Virus record (IMG/VR): IMGVR_UViG_3300020391_000003
Coordinates: 96,001 to 160,000 of that record
Length of the DNA stretch: 64,000 nucleotides
From: a virus
Direction: 5' to 3' (one strand)
Shown here: piece after piece, positions 43,778 through 54,392 of the stretch
How the letters are laid out: each line of letters starts with the position of its first letter
How positions within the stretch are numbered: position 1 is the first letter of the stretch
Position numbers and translations under genes: made by a program
Notes under the pieces: generated by a model
Told to the model about the DNA's origin: nothing
The model's database searches: none
Seen by the model: the letters and a program-made list of their open reading frames with translations, nothing else

Positions 43778-46214
43778 TATTATTTATTATTTTTCCTTTG
43801 CACAAGGAAAACTTTATTTCTGAGCCAGCAACTAATTTATTACTTAAGAGCATCTTAGACAAATCATTTTCAATAAATTTTTGAATAAGTCTTTTGATTG
43901 GTCTTGCTCCCATTTTTTCCTCATGCGCTGCTTCAGCTATATGTCTGACTGCTTTAGGGGTGACCGAGATAGATATATTTTTGTGAAAAAGTTTATTTTC
44001 TAAGTCTTGAAGCTCAAGTCTTGCTATTTGTCCAAGTTGGCTAATATTAAAATCCTCAAAAACTATAACCTCATTTAGTCTATTTAAAAATTCTGGTTTA
44101 AAATAAATTTTTAATTCTGATTTAATTTTATCTGCAGAATTAGAAGAGGTATCTGTAGAAAAACCAACAGATGCTTTGTCTAATTTTTCACTACCAACAT
44201 TGCCTGTTAATATTATTGTGCAATTAGAAAAGTTAATTTTTCTTCCAGAATTATCAGTGACAAAACCTTCTTCTAATATTTGCAAAAGAACATTTAAAAC
44301 TTCAGGATGAGCTTTTTCTACTTCATCAAATAATACTACACTGTAAGGGTTTCTTCTTACTTTTTCTGTCAATTCTCCTCCTTCTTCATATCCAACATAC
44401 CCTGGAGATGCTCCAATTAATCTGCTTGAAGAAATTTTTTCAGAAAATTCACTCATATCAATTTGTATAAGTTTGCTTTTGTCTCCGTATATATATTCAG
44501 CTATACATTTAGCAGTATATGTTTTTCCTGTTCCAGTCGCACCAACAAGCAAAAAGCTACCTACTGGTTTATTTGGATCTTGAAGTCCAGATTTAGATCT
44601 AAGGATACATTCGGAAATTTCTTTAAGAGCAGTAGATTGGCCAATAATCTTTTTATTTAATTTTTTGAACAATCCGAGCATTTTGTCGGAATCTTTTTTT
44701 GAAATTTCAGATATAGGAATTCTAGTTCTAGAAGATATAACTTCATAAATATCTTTCTTTTTTACAGATATTTTTCTTTTCATGGTTTTTTTTGCCCAAT
44801 TATCAATTATACCATCATATTCTTCTAATAATTGTAACTGCTTGTCTTCTAGGTCTATTGACTGAGCTCCAATCAAATTAAGCTTTGACTCTTGAAGTGC
44901 GAGCTCTTCTAGCTTGTGCTCAATGTCTTTTGCTTCTTGAGGTCTTTCTATATTTTTTATTTTAACTTTTGATCCCACCTGATCAATAATATCAATTGCT
45001 TTATCTGGAAACTGCTTGTCAAAAATATATCTTGATGTAAGCTCTACTGCTAGATCAAGGACTTCTGGTGGATATAATATCCCATGAAATTCTTCGTACT
45101 TTGATTTAATTCCCTCAAGTATTTCTCTGGTTTGCTCTTTGGTTGGTTCTAAAACCGTTACTGCCTGAAAGCGCCTATCTAGTGCTCCATCTTTAAGTAT
45201 AGATTTTTTATACTCGTCTTGAGTAGTCGCTCCAATGCATTTCAATTCTCCTCTGGCAAGTAAAGGTTTTAATATATTTGCGGCATCCATACTTCCTTCT
45301 GCGCTGCCTGCACCAACCAGAGTATGTATTTCGTCGATGAATAAAACTAAGTTGTCATTTTTTTTAGCTTCATCTATAACACCTTTTAGTCTTTCCTCAA
45401 ATTGACCTCTATATTTTGTTCCTGCGATTAAGGAACCTAAGTCTAAAGAATATATTGTTTTATTTAAAAGAAAATCAGAGGCTTCTCCACTGTTAATTTT
45501 TTGAGCTAGTCCTTCAACAATCGCAGTTTTACCAACTCCAGCTTCACCCAAAAGAACTGGATTGTTTTTTGTTCTTCTACATAAAATTTCAGAAACTTCG
45601 TATATTTCTTGACTCTTGCCTACTATATTATCAAACTTTCCTTGGGAGGCCATAGCATTTAAATTTGTAGCAAATTTCTCTAAATTTTGTATGTTTTTTT
45701 CTTTTACTGATTTAGTCTTGCTTCTATTAGGAGAGGAAGGTTTTTGTACACCGGAAGCTTCTTTGCCAAGGTGCAGATAATCTCTAACTTCAGAAATAAT
45801 ATCATCTTCAGAAGCGTTAAAGGAATTGAAATATTTGGGTATATTTGATTCTTCGTATTTTAGTAACGCTAAAAGAATGTGTTCTATCCCTACGTATTCA
45901 TGTCCTAGCTTGCTTGCTATAGATGCAGAAACTTTTAAAACTAGATGAAAATGTTGATCAAATGAAGGTTCCATCATCATGTCAAAACTTGTCTGATCAA
46001 AATTAAAAAAAGAGCTTTCAATTTTTTCTTTTAATAAATTTTGGTCAATTTTAAGCAAGAAAAGTATTTCGGCTAGTATCCCAGCATTTAAATTAACCAT
46101 TCCATAAAATAAGTGATCAAGTGTCACAAATTCATTGGAATATTTTCTTGCAACTTTTTTAGCTTCATTAATTGCCTGCTGAGCGCGAGGCGTAAAATTA
46201 GGTTTAGGAGTCAT
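43758..46214 (-). CDS. clpC: ClpC/ClpA-like AAA+ unfoldase
   Basis: Clp N-domain, GEAGVGKT, FIDEIH, GATGTGKT, LFDEVEKAH, VGF loop; start could also be 46220. Confidence 0.9.
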   Translation of the reverse strand: MTPKPNFTPRAQQAINEAKKVARKYSNEFVTLDHLFYGMVNLNAGILAEILFLLKIDQNLLKEKIESSFFNFDQTSFDMMMEPSFDQHFHLVLKVSASIASKLGHEYVGIEHILLALLKYEESNIPKYFNSFNASEDDIISEVRDYLHLGKEASGVQKPSSPNRSKTKSVKEKNIQNLEKFATNLNAMASQGKFDNIVGKSQEIYEVSEILCRRTKNNPVLLGEAGVGKTAIVEGLAQKINSGEASDFLLNKTIYSLDLGSLIAGTKYRGQFEERLKGVIDEAKKNDNLVLFIDEIHTLVGAGSAEGSMDAANILKPLLARGELKCIGATTQDEYKKSILKDGALDRRFQAVTVLEPTKEQTREILEGIKSKYEEFHGILYPPEVLDLAVELTSRYIFDKQFPDKAIDIIDQVGSKVKIKNIERPQEAKDIEHKLEELALQESKLNLIGAQSIDLEDKQLQLLEEYDGIIDNWAKKTMKRKISVKKKDIYEVISSRTRIPISEISKKDSDKMLGLFKKLNKKIIGQSTALKEISECILRSKSGLQDPNKPVGSFLLVGATGTGKTYTAKCIAEYIYGDKSKLIQIDMSEFSEKISSSRLIGASPGYVGYEEGGELTEKVRRNPYSVVLFDEVEKAHPEVLNVLLQILEEGFVTDNSGRKINFSNCTIILTGNVGSEKLDKASVGFSTDTSSNSADKIKSELKIYFKPEFLNRLNEVIVFEDFNISQLGQIARLELQDLENKLFHKNISISVTPKAVRHIAEAAHEEKMGARPIKRLIQKFIENDLSKMLLSNKLVAGSEIKFSLCKGKIINNITEEEV

Positions 46215-46236
46215 CTTCATATATTTACACTGTAAA

Positions 46237-48798
46237 TTATTTAACGTCAGACATTTTCATATAGATCTTTTCATCCATAATATTCAATGAATCAAGAAAT
46301 ACTATATCTTCGCCTTTTCTTCCATAAGCTACAATAATACTCTTTTTAGACGGAGTTTTATTTTTAGATTCAAAGTACCTATCATAATAGTTTCCTCTTC
46401 TTGAATTGAGTAACATAGCATCGTATTTACCAAATTCATCAGAGATGGAAAGCTTCATATACTTATTTCCATTTCTAGATGTTCTTTTAATGCAGTCGTC
46501 AACCACGCCAATAAATTTTCCTTTTTCATCTGACTCCATAATTTTAAGATCTCTAGAATCTAAAAGAGAATTATATGAGTCAATAAAACATGATTTCAAG
46601 TTAGAGCTATGGCTATAACCCAGCAACTCTGTTTCAAAATACCAGTTTGCAAAAGTTTCATAAGGCTTGTTTTTATCATAAATAGATTTATAAACATCAT
46701 ACTTCTTCTTAAATGTTTTAAAACGAGACTCCTTCATGAGAGGCTTTCCATCATCGCCAACTAATTCTCCTTTTTTTGCATCAGAAATACAATTAAGAAG
46801 TTTATATTGATATTTTTCTCCGAGCAATATAAAGTTTCTTTTTTCTCTTTCAGTTAAAAGATTAAATGCTTGAGCCTCTAAAACCATCAGCGATCTATTT
46901 GAACCTTTACTTTGTAATGATCCAGCTTGTATTAATGCACTAAGCACGCCAATATTTAATCCTGCTTGTTTGGCGGCAAGAAATATATCATATTTTGTTG
47001 GCGTGTCACTCGACCTAAAATCTTTTAGAGACTGCAGAGACTTTTCGCTTACTCCTTTTATACTGTTTAATCCAAAGCGAATATCTTTGCCTTCAATCGA
47101 AAAATCCATATTAGATTTTGCTAAATCTGGCGAAAGTAATTTAATACCAAAGCTTGATAATTCTTTGCATATTTTTGATATTTCTTCTTGAGGTGCAGGC
47201 TCATACTTTGTCATCTTCAATAGAGACAAGAAGAACTGTTGTGGATGCTGAAACTTTAAGTATGTAGTCCATGCACTCAGAACAGAATAACTCAAAGAGT
47301 GTGATTTATTAAATGAGTAGTTGGCGCTATCTTCTGCAACGCTCCAAAGAATAGTTCCTACTTCTGGAGGTAAATCATTTTCCTCTACTTTTTCTCGTAT
47401 CTTTGCTTTCCAAGCTGGCATTTGATCAACTTTCTTTTTGCCCACTATTCTTCTTAACTGCTCTGATTCGTCAAGGGTAAAACCTACCTTGACGGCCATT
47501 TGCATAAGCTGCTCTTGATAAAGAGGAATACCTCCTGTATAATCTAAAACATCAGTAAAAAACTCATGAATGACTTGTGCTTCACCAGTTTCAATATATG
47601 TCGCATAGTCTTGGAGAAATTCTAAAGCGCCAGGTCTTCCAATGGCTACAACCGCGCTAAGCTCTTCTAGGCTTCTAGGCTTGATTTTTTTGCATACTCT
47701 ATAGTTGGTGTCAGATTCAATTTGAAAAAGGCCGTGAGGCGCGCTAAGCGACTGCAAGGGGGTAAATGTGGAAACCTCATTTAAGTCAATATCTTCGCAA
47801 TCAATATTTAGCTCTTTACATACATCATGAATTACGCTCAAGGTGCGCAGTCCCAAAATATCAAATTTAACCATAAGTTCTGAAACCCAGTTCATGTCAT
47901 ATCCAGTTACCAAGGCTCCGTCGTTGGACTTTTGTATTGGGCATATGTCAGTCATTTTGTCAAAAGAAATTGCGATTCCGCTTGGATGAACTCCAGTGTT
48001 TTTGTTGAGCCCTTCTAGCTTTAACGCTATGTTAAACGACTCTGCATTTTCTGCAGACCAGTCAACGAATTTTTCGCTTTCCTCTAAAGCAGTTTTAAGC
48101 GGAACAACAACTCCAAATCTTTTGGGAATAGTGTCGCTAACTTCATTAACTTCTTGCTCTGATAACTCACCAACTATCTTGCCGCATTCTTTTATGCATA
48201 GCTTGCCGCTTAGGGTATTGAGTGTTAAAATTTTTGCAGTCCTGCCAGGGTGTTTTTTATCAATATAATTTATTACCTCTACTCTTCTTTCGTACGCAAT
48301 ATCGTTATCAACGTCTGCTAGTAAACTTCCGTCGAGATATGTAATACCATTATGTTCAATTTTTCTCGCTCTGCTTTTAGAAACAAACCTTTCAAAGAAA
48401 AGATTATATTTTACGGGGTCTACGTTTGTGACTCCTATTAAATATAAAACTAAGGATCCTGCAGCAGAACCTCTGCCTGGGCCAGTAGGTATATTGTTTT
48501 CATGGCAGTAATTTAGTATATCCCAATTTAGCAAAATATAATCCGTAAATCCAAGATCTTCTAAAATTGTTAACTCTGTTTTTGCGCGGTCAAAGTAGTC
48601 TTTTTTGTTTTCAAATTTGTCTATACCTTTATCATAAACACCTTTGTGGCAGAGTTTTCTGAGAAAATCATAGTTTGAGATATTAGGTTTTGCGTCAAGC
48701 ATTTTATAATATCTGTCTTCGATTTTGATATTTGGAAGTCTGACTCCAACTGGCACGCAGTCATCATAGGATGAAAATTGTTCTGTAAAATTACTCAT
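46237..48798 (-). CDS. dnaE: DNA polymerase III alpha (DnaE) catalytic part lacking the PHP domain
   Basis: GPGRGSAAGS, LFFERF, ADVDND, HPSG, KFDILGL, YQEQLM, FNKSH; start at ATG 48798 (ATGA overlap). Confidence 0.93.
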   Translation of the reverse strand: MSNFTEQFSSYDDCVPVGVRLPNIKIEDRYYKMLDAKPNISNYDFLRKLCHKGVYDKGIDKFENKKDYFDRAKTELTILEDLGFTDYILLNWDILNYCHENNIPTGPGRGSAAGSLVLYLIGVTNVDPVKYNLFFERFVSKSRARKIEHNGITYLDGSLLADVDNDIAYERRVEVINYIDKKHPGRTAKILTLNTLSGKLCIKECGKIVGELSEQEVNEVSDTIPKRFGVVVPLKTALEESEKFVDWSAENAESFNIALKLEGLNKNTGVHPSGIAISFDKMTDICPIQKSNDGALVTGYDMNWVSELMVKFDILGLRTLSVIHDVCKELNIDCEDIDLNEVSTFTPLQSLSAPHGLFQIESDTNYRVCKKIKPRSLEELSAVVAIGRPGALEFLQDYATYIETGEAQVIHEFFTDVLDYTGGIPLYQEQLMQMAVKVGFTLDESEQLRRIVGKKKVDQMPAWKAKIREKVEENDLPPEVGTILWSVAEDSANYSFNKSHSLSYSVLSAWTTYLKFQHPQQFFLSLLKMTKYEPAPQEEISKICKELSSFGIKLLSPDLAKSNMDFSIEGKDIRFGLNSIKGVSEKSLQSLKDFRSSDTPTKYDIFLAAKQAGLNIGVLSALIQAGSLQSKGSNRSLMVLEAQAFNLLTEREKRNFILLGEKYQYKLLNCISDAKKGELVGDDGKPLMKESRFKTFKKKYDVYKSIYDKNKPYETFANWYFETELLGYSHSSNLKSCFIDSYNSLLDSRDLKIMESDEKGKFIGVVDDCIKRTSRNGNKYMKLSISDEFGKYDAMLLNSRRGNYYDRYFESKNKTPSKKSIIVAYGRKGEDIVFLDSLNIMDEKIYMKMSDVK

Positions 48799-49439
48799 AT
48801 TTCTATTTCCCATATCATTTTTTTAAATACTTCAAAATTAACTTCAATATCGTATAATGCATCATGAAGCTTATTTTCATTAAAAGGCACATCAAAATCT
48901 TTGCAGCATTGTTTTAAATTACAAGATAACCCTCTTTCTATTAAGTGATTTAGTCTATATTGCCATGCCAGAAAGTCGTCGTCTTTATTTAATTTAATTC
49001 TTTTCTTTAGAGCTTTAGCTAGACAGAGAGTGTCAACCAGTTGGTTGGCATAAGAAAAGTCTGGCTTGTATTTTTCATTCACAAGTTTGCGATGTAAATT
49101 GTGCATGTAAACATCAAAACCTAAAAGGTTATGCCCCACCTTAATATAATCTGGGTCATATAAATATTTTTCAAAATGTTCTAGAGCTTGTTTTGGGCAA
49201 GATGCTTTTTTATCATATTTAGCTTTTGTGAAACCGGTAATTTTTGCGGCTTCAGGAGAGACAGTTAAGTCGTTCCATTTTAACCAATAATCTTTTGATT
49301 CTATAATTTTATTATTTTCCACAACAAGAAATGCTAATTGCCATGGTTTATTATTTGATACCAAATTTAAATTGCATGTTTCATAATCGAACAGTAAGTA
49401 TTTTTGATTTTTTTTAAATCTTAATAGTGATTCTTTCAT
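48795..49439 (-). CDS. DEDDh 3'-5' exonuclease (DnaQ-like)
   Basis: FDYET, GHNLLGFD, VDTL, HDALYD. Confidence 0.88.
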   Translation of the reverse strand: MKESLLRFKKNQKYLLFDYETCNLNLVSNNKPWQLAFLVVENNKIIESKDYWLKWNDLTVSPEAAKITGFTKAKYDKKASCPKQALEHFEKYLYDPDYIKVGHNLLGFDVYMHNLHRKLVNEKYKPDFSYANQLVDTLCLAKALKKRIKLNKDDDFLAWQYRLNHLIERGLSCNLKQCCKDFDVPFNENKLHDALYDIEVNFEVFKKMIWEIEI

Positions 49440-49945
49440 TTTAAATCTTCTCTTTCTGGGTTGCCATAGTTTATTAAAATTTCTTCCCCCTTTTTGATGT
49501 CAATTACAGATGTATATCTAAATAAAAAATCATCAAAATCTATTTCCCAATTTGCGTTATATTTTTTTTCGGAATGATTAAATATCATTCCATAGCCTAA
49601 AACTGCAGCCGTACAGTAAATTTCAGAAATATCTTTATACCCCAACTCTTCTAGATCCTTAAGTATTTTATTTTTTAAACCTTCGTCGCCAATGTGTGAA
49701 GCTAGAGAAATTTTGAAATTAATTTCTTCATTTTCCTCGGGGGAGCTTGCTTCGTTATAAAAAAGAGAAAAGAAATATCTACTGAGCTCTTTGTCTTGAA
49801 AAGTTTGTTTTGCGCCGCAAACTATAAAGTGAGCTTCTTCAAGTATTTCTCCTTCTTTAATATTCTCTGAAGCAAATACGCCTCTGCCTCCAATGTTGGA
49901 TTTTCCGATTGATATTTTGTTATTTCTTATTAGTTCGTACTTCAT
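49436..49945 (-). CDS. SET-domain protein-lysine methyltransferase-like protein
   Basis: Start moved to ATG 49945; GRGVFA..IKEGE, FNHS..NA, DIKKGEEILINYG. Confidence 0.85.
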   Translation of the reverse strand: MKYELIRNNKISIGKSNIGGRGVFASENIKEGEILEEAHFIVCGAKQTFQDKELSRYFFSLFYNEASSPEENEEINFKISLASHIGDEGLKNKILKDLEELGYKDISEIYCTAAVLGYGMIFNHSEKKYNANWEIDFDDFLFRYTSVIDIKKGEEILINYGNPEREDLK

Positions 49946-50699
49946 TTTCTTGCTTCCAGCTTTGAAAACTAAATTGATCGCTTCCAAAATGGTCTAGGTT
50001 TGGTTTGCTCAGCGTTTTATTGCCAAAACTTCTTCCTGTAATGCATTTATAGGTTTGAAGTGCGGCTACATCTTTGTTTTGTTTGTAATAAATGCTTTTT
50101 GTTTGCTCTGTTTTAAAGTCGTTAGAGCGGCAGTATTCTGAAACTTTTTCTGACAAGAAGTTGTCAAATGGAAGTCCATTATTTTCAATAAAGAAAACAG
50201 GTTTACAAAAATCAAAATTTGGTGTGCAATTAGAAAACTTCATAAGATTATTGTATATAAAACTATCATAAAATGGAATTGCCATGATTAGACTTCTGCT
50301 TGACCAGTGCTTTTTTAAAAGTTTGTGATCAACGCAGTTGTGATTCTTTGTAAATGCTTCGCTGTAAATTTTATTAATTAATTGACATCCCTTTGCGTTT
50401 CTTGCAAACAGGATTATTTTGTGCGAGCTGTCCAGTGATTCTTCTTTGGGATCTATCATTCCATCTTCTTTCATATTTATTCTTAGTCCGAAGACTAGTT
50501 TGATGCCTAGCTTGTCTGCGTTTTTCTTCGCTTGAAGAAATCCAGTAAGCGAATCTTCAACTAAAACTATTTCTTTTAAATTATTTTCTACAGCAATACT
50601 AAAAATGCTATCTGCTCCGCCTTCTTTTTGTGTAATTGGATCATCTAGAGTTAATATACTTTTGCCGATAGAAAAGTGGCTTTTGAATAATGCGATCAT
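49920..50699 (-). CDS. Stand-alone PHP domain (DnaE N-terminal part)
   Basis: Start moved to ATG 50699; KSHFSIGKS, LVED..GF, VFGL, IILFARN..G..LINKI. Confidence 0.8.
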   Translation of the reverse strand: MIALFKSHFSIGKSILTLDDPITQKEGGADSIFSIAVENNLKEIVLVEDSLTGFLQAKKNADKLGIKLVFGLRINMKEDGMIDPKEESLDSSHKIILFARNAKGCQLINKIYSEAFTKNHNCVDHKLLKKHWSSRSLIMAIPFYDSFIYNNLMKFSNCTPNFDFCKPVFFIENNGLPFDNFLSEKVSEYCRSNDFKTEQTKSIYYKQNKDVAALQTYKCITGRSFGNKTLSKPNLDHFGSDQFSFQSWKQENEVRTNKK

Positions 50700-50706
50700 G
50701 CCCACT

Positions 50707-50799
50707 ATTTTATCAATAAATGCGGTCTTTGTCAAGCTCTAAAAAAGTTATCAACAATTTAAAAATACAATTGACAGGAACCCATTTAAATGTTAATAT
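50707..50799. promoter_or_regulatory. Divergent sigma70 promoters (replication operon / nrdA)
   Basis: Minus: TTGACA(50735-50730)-17-TAAAAT; plus: TTGACA(50771)-17-TAATAT. Confidence 0.7.
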
Positions 50800-50810
50800 T
50801 TTAGGTAAAT

Positions 50811-53270
50811 ATGGATATCAAAGTAAAAAAACGAAACGGACGTCTTCAGGACTTTAGAGTAGAAAAAATAAATACAAATGTGGAAAGGGCATGCGAAGAC
50901 ATTTCAGAGGTTTCTGTTAGCGAAGTAGTACTCGATGCCCAGCTACAATTGTATGACAAAATCACCACCCGAGAAATAGATACAGCATTAATTCTTAGTG
51001 CTAGAGAAAAAATTGAGAAGGAACCTGACTATAGCTTTGTGGCAGCTAGACTTCTTTTAAATACTGTATACAAAGAAGTTTTTAAAGAGGGTGTTGACTC
51101 CGACATATTTAAATTGCAATATAGGAAAAGCTTTATTCAGGGCGTTAAGCGTCTAGTCAAGCTCGAAAGGTTAAATCCAAAAATGCTTGAGTTTGATCTT
51201 CAAAAGCTTTCGGAAGCAATTAAAATTCATAGAGATTTAAAATTTAAATACCTGGGCATTCAGATTTTAACAGATAGATACTTTATTAGAGAAGAAGGAA
51301 AACTCATGGAAGCTCCTCAATCTTTTTGGATGAGGGTTGCCATGGGTCTTGCTATCAACGAAGAAAACAAAGAAGACAAGGCTATTGAGTTTTACAATTT
51401 ATTTAGTAAGTTTTTATATACTTCTTCGACGCCAACTTTATTTAATAGTGGAACCGTAAGGTCCCAGCTTAGCTCGTGCTACCTTAATACATTTGATGAT
51501 AGCATCGATGGAATTTTTGATGGAGCTTGGCAGGAGGCAAGAAAATCAAAATATGCTGGTGGGCTGGGTCTTGACGTTACACCTTTTAGATCAACTGGTT
51601 CCCATATTCAAGGAACCAATGGAGTATCTAGCGGATTGGTACCTTGGTTAAAAATTTATAACGATTTATTGGTTGCGGTTAATCAAGGCGGAAAGCGTCC
51701 AGGTGCAGGATGTGCATATCTCGAACCCTGGCATTTAGACTTCGAGGACTTTCTTAATCTTCGTAGAAATACTGGAGATGATCGATTGAGGTGTCATGAC
51801 ATGAATACCGCTTCATGGATTCCTGACGAGTTTATGAGAAGAGTTCAAAATGAAGATGTTTGGTATTTTTTCGATCCTAGAGAAGCTGACCTACATGATT
51901 GCTTTGGCTCTGAGTTTGACAAAAGATATAAAAAGCTCTGCAATCAAGCAGAAGAAGGATTAATCAAAAATTACAGAGTGATGCCTGCAAAAGAATTATG
52001 GAAGAAAATGCTAAAAGTACTTTTTGAAACTTCTCATCCTTGGAATACTTTTAAAGATCCTTGCAATATCAGATACACAAATCAGCATGAAGGTATCGTT
52101 CACAGCAGCAATTTATGCACGGAGATAACCCTACATACCAAAGCTTCCAAGTATGATAAAGGACAAAAAACCGAAGTTGGAGAAACAGCTGTGTGCAATC
52201 TTGGATCAGTAAATTTGCTTAATCATCTCAACGAAGATGGGGATGACATCGATTATATTAAGCTAGAAAAAACAATTCATACCGCAATCAGAATGCTTGA
52301 TAATGTTATTGATTTGAATTTTTATCCAACCTTAGAAGCGTCAAATTCTAATTTAAGAAATCGACCTATAGGCCTTGGCCTTATGGGATTGCATGATATT
52401 CTTCATAAAAAGAACATTATAATTGACAGCAAAGAAGCTGTAGATTTTAGCGATAAACTGTTTGAGTTTTATTCAATGCATGCAATTTATGCCAGTTCTA
52501 TATTGGCAGCTGAGAGAGGCAAGTACGAAACTTACGAGGGTTCTCTTTGGAGCGGGGGGGTATTTCCAATTGATTCTTATAATAATTTAATGGTATACAG
52601 AGGAAAACAAAAAGTTCCCCAACAATCTGTAACAGGCAAGCCTCTTACCGGAACAGGTCAAACGTTTGAGGATTGGTCAAAAGTTAGAGTTCATGTGGGA
52701 GAACACGGCATGAGAAATTCTAATGTAATGGCTATAGCTCCAACGGCAACTATTGGATATATAAATGGTATTGAGCAGAGTATAGAACCTAATTTTTCTG
52801 TATTATTTGTATACGAAAATAAAAGCGGTAATTTCTTTATTACTAATGCGCATTTTATTGATGATATGAAATCAAGAGGTTTATGGAATAGTGAAATAGC
52901 TTCATTGGTAAAAGAAGCTGATGGCGACCTATCATTATTAAATGGATCTATACCTAAAGATTTAAAAGAAAAATATAAGACAGCTTTTGATAGAGATATG
53001 TTTACGCTAATTGATGCCAATGCAGCAAGACAAAAATGGATGGATCAATCAATTAGTTTTAATTTATACAATAAATCAACTTCACTTAAATACTTAAATG
53101 ATGTTTATATGGCTTGCTGGGAAGCTGGCCTCAAAACAACTTATTATCTTCGTAATAGAGCTGCGTCTAAGGTAGAAAAATCTCACGCTGAGGATCAAAA
53201 AAATGAAGAGCAAACCTCTTGTAGTATTGAGGCAATGAAAAATGGAGAGTCTTGTGAAAGTTGTCAATAA
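50811..53270 (+). CDS. nrdA: Class Ia ribonucleotide reductase alpha subunit with ATP cone
   Basis: VKKRNG, STPTLFNSG, SSCYL, SNLCTEI, APTA, KTTYYLR, C-terminal CESC. Confidence 0.96.
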   Translation: MDIKVKKRNGRLQDFRVEKINTNVERACEDISEVSVSEVVLDAQLQLYDKITTREIDTALILSAREKIEKEPDYSFVAARLLLNTVYKEVFKEGVDSDIFKLQYRKSFIQGVKRLVKLERLNPKMLEFDLQKLSEAIKIHRDLKFKYLGIQILTDRYFIREEGKLMEAPQSFWMRVAMGLAINEENKEDKAIEFYNLFSKFLYTSSTPTLFNSGTVRSQLSSCYLNTFDDSIDGIFDGAWQEARKSKYAGGLGLDVTPFRSTGSHIQGTNGVSSGLVPWLKIYNDLLVAVNQGGKRPGAGCAYLEPWHLDFEDFLNLRRNTGDDRLRCHDMNTASWIPDEFMRRVQNEDVWYFFDPREADLHDCFGSEFDKRYKKLCNQAEEGLIKNYRVMPAKELWKKMLKVLFETSHPWNTFKDPCNIRYTNQHEGIVHSSNLCTEITLHTKASKYDKGQKTEVGETAVCNLGSVNLLNHLNEDGDDIDYIKLEKTIHTAIRMLDNVIDLNFYPTLEASNSNLRNRPIGLGLMGLHDILHKKNIIIDSKEAVDFSDKLFEFYSMHAIYASSILAAERGKYETYEGSLWSGGVFPIDSYNNLMVYRGKQKVPQQSVTGKPLTGTGQTFEDWSKVRVHVGEHGMRNSNVMAIAPTATIGYINGIEQSIEPNFSVLFVYENKSGNFFITNAHFIDDMKSRGLWNSEIASLVKEADGDLSLLNGSIPKDLKEKYKTAFDRDMFTLIDANAARQKWMDQSISFNLYNKSTSLKYLNDVYMACWEAGLKTTYYLRNRAASKVEKSHAEDQKNEEQTSCSIEAMKNGESCESCQ

Positions 53271-53287
53271 TTTATTTGAACTTAGGC

Positions 53288-53316
53288 TTGACTATTTTCG
53301 TTATTTAATGTAGAAT
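53288..53316 (+). promoter_or_regulatory. sigma70-type promoter of nrdB
   Basis: TTGACT-17 nt-TAGAAT. Confidence 0.7.
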
Positions 53317-53323
53317 ATAAACC

Positions 53324-54337
53324 ATGAATGATAAAACTGGAGAATTATTAACTGAAAACATCGCGGGAGTAAATAGAATTTTACCTCATAAACATAAATT
53401 TGCATGGGATCTATTTTTAAAAAGCTGTGCAAACAATTGGATGCCTACCGAAATAAGTATGCAAAATGATATTAAACAATGGAAAAATGATGAAATTACG
53501 GAAGATGAAAAACTTCTTGTTAAACGCTGTCTTGGATTTTTTGCTGGAAGCGAGTCTTTGGTTGGCAATAATTTGTTATTATCAGCCTTTCGCTATATTA
53601 CAGATGCTGAGTGTCGCCAATATATATTGCGTCAAGCATTTGAAGAGAGTCTACACAACCTCACCGTAGTATATGTCTGCGATAGCTTGGATTTAGATAT
53701 TGAAGAAGTTTTCGCTGCTTATGAAACGATTCCGAGCATTAAAGCCAAAGACGACTTTCTTATGGAAATTACAAATGATCTTAGTCGTCAAGATTTTAAG
53801 CCTCACACAAAAGAAGGAAAGCAAGAAATACTAAGAAACTTTTTAACGTATTGGATAGTATGTGAAGGAACTTTCTTTTTTAGTGGATTTGCTATGCTAT
53901 TAGCACTAGGCAGGCAAAATAAATTGCAAGGAATATCAGATCAAATTAAGTATACATTGAGGGACGAAAGTTCTCATATTTCATTTGGAACATATTTAAT
54001 AAATACAATGATCGAGCAAGATCCTTCTATATGGACAAAAGAAATTCAAGAAGAATTTGTTGAGCATATGAAAAAAGCTGTTGAATTAGAAATTGCATAC
54101 GCTCACGATGTTTTACCAACGGGTATTCTTGGATTAAATGCTGATATGTTCGTAGATTACATGCATTATATTGGTAATCGAAGACTAGAAGGTATTGGGC
54201 TAGATTACAGATTTCCCAGTGACAAAAATCCCTTTCCTTGGTTAAGTGAAGTCGTAGACGTTCAAGCTATGGGCAACTTCTTCGAAAGAAGAGTAAGAGA
54301 GTATCAGCAAAGTGGGTCTTTAGAAGATGACTTTTAA
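53324..54337 (+). CDS. nrdB: Ribonucleotide reductase beta subunit
   Basis: NWMPTEI, EESLH, EGTFFFSGF, RDESSH, NFFE. Confidence 0.96.
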   Translation: MNDKTGELLTENIAGVNRILPHKHKFAWDLFLKSCANNWMPTEISMQNDIKQWKNDEITEDEKLLVKRCLGFFAGSESLVGNNLLLSAFRYITDAECRQYILRQAFEESLHNLTVVYVCDSLDLDIEEVFAAYETIPSIKAKDDFLMEITNDLSRQDFKPHTKEGKQEILRNFLTYWIVCEGTFFFSGFAMLLALGRQNKLQGISDQIKYTLRDESSHISFGTYLINTMIEQDPSIWTKEIQEEFVEHMKKAVELEIAYAHDVLPTGILGLNADMFVDYMHYIGNRRLEGIGLDYRFPSDKNPFPWLSEVVDVQAMGNFFERRVREYQQSGSLEDDF

Positions 54338-54367
54338 CGGGTTGATAAATTAATTAATTATTAACAC

Positions 54368-54392
54368 AACAGCCCCAAGGGGCTGTTTTTTT
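54368..54392 (+). terminator. Intrinsic terminator between convergent genes
   Basis: AACAGCCC-CAAG-GGGCTGTT plus T-run. Confidence 0.85.

Noticed and set aside
50741-50765. DnaA-box-like TTATCAACA near the nrdA promoter
   Set aside because: A single mismatched copy in AT-rich DNA is not enough to call.
36911-53270. Inteins or introns in terL, dnaE or nrdA
   Set aside because: Lengths are ordinary, motifs are continuous, and there are no C..HN-(C/S/T) splice motifs or LAGLIDADG inserts.
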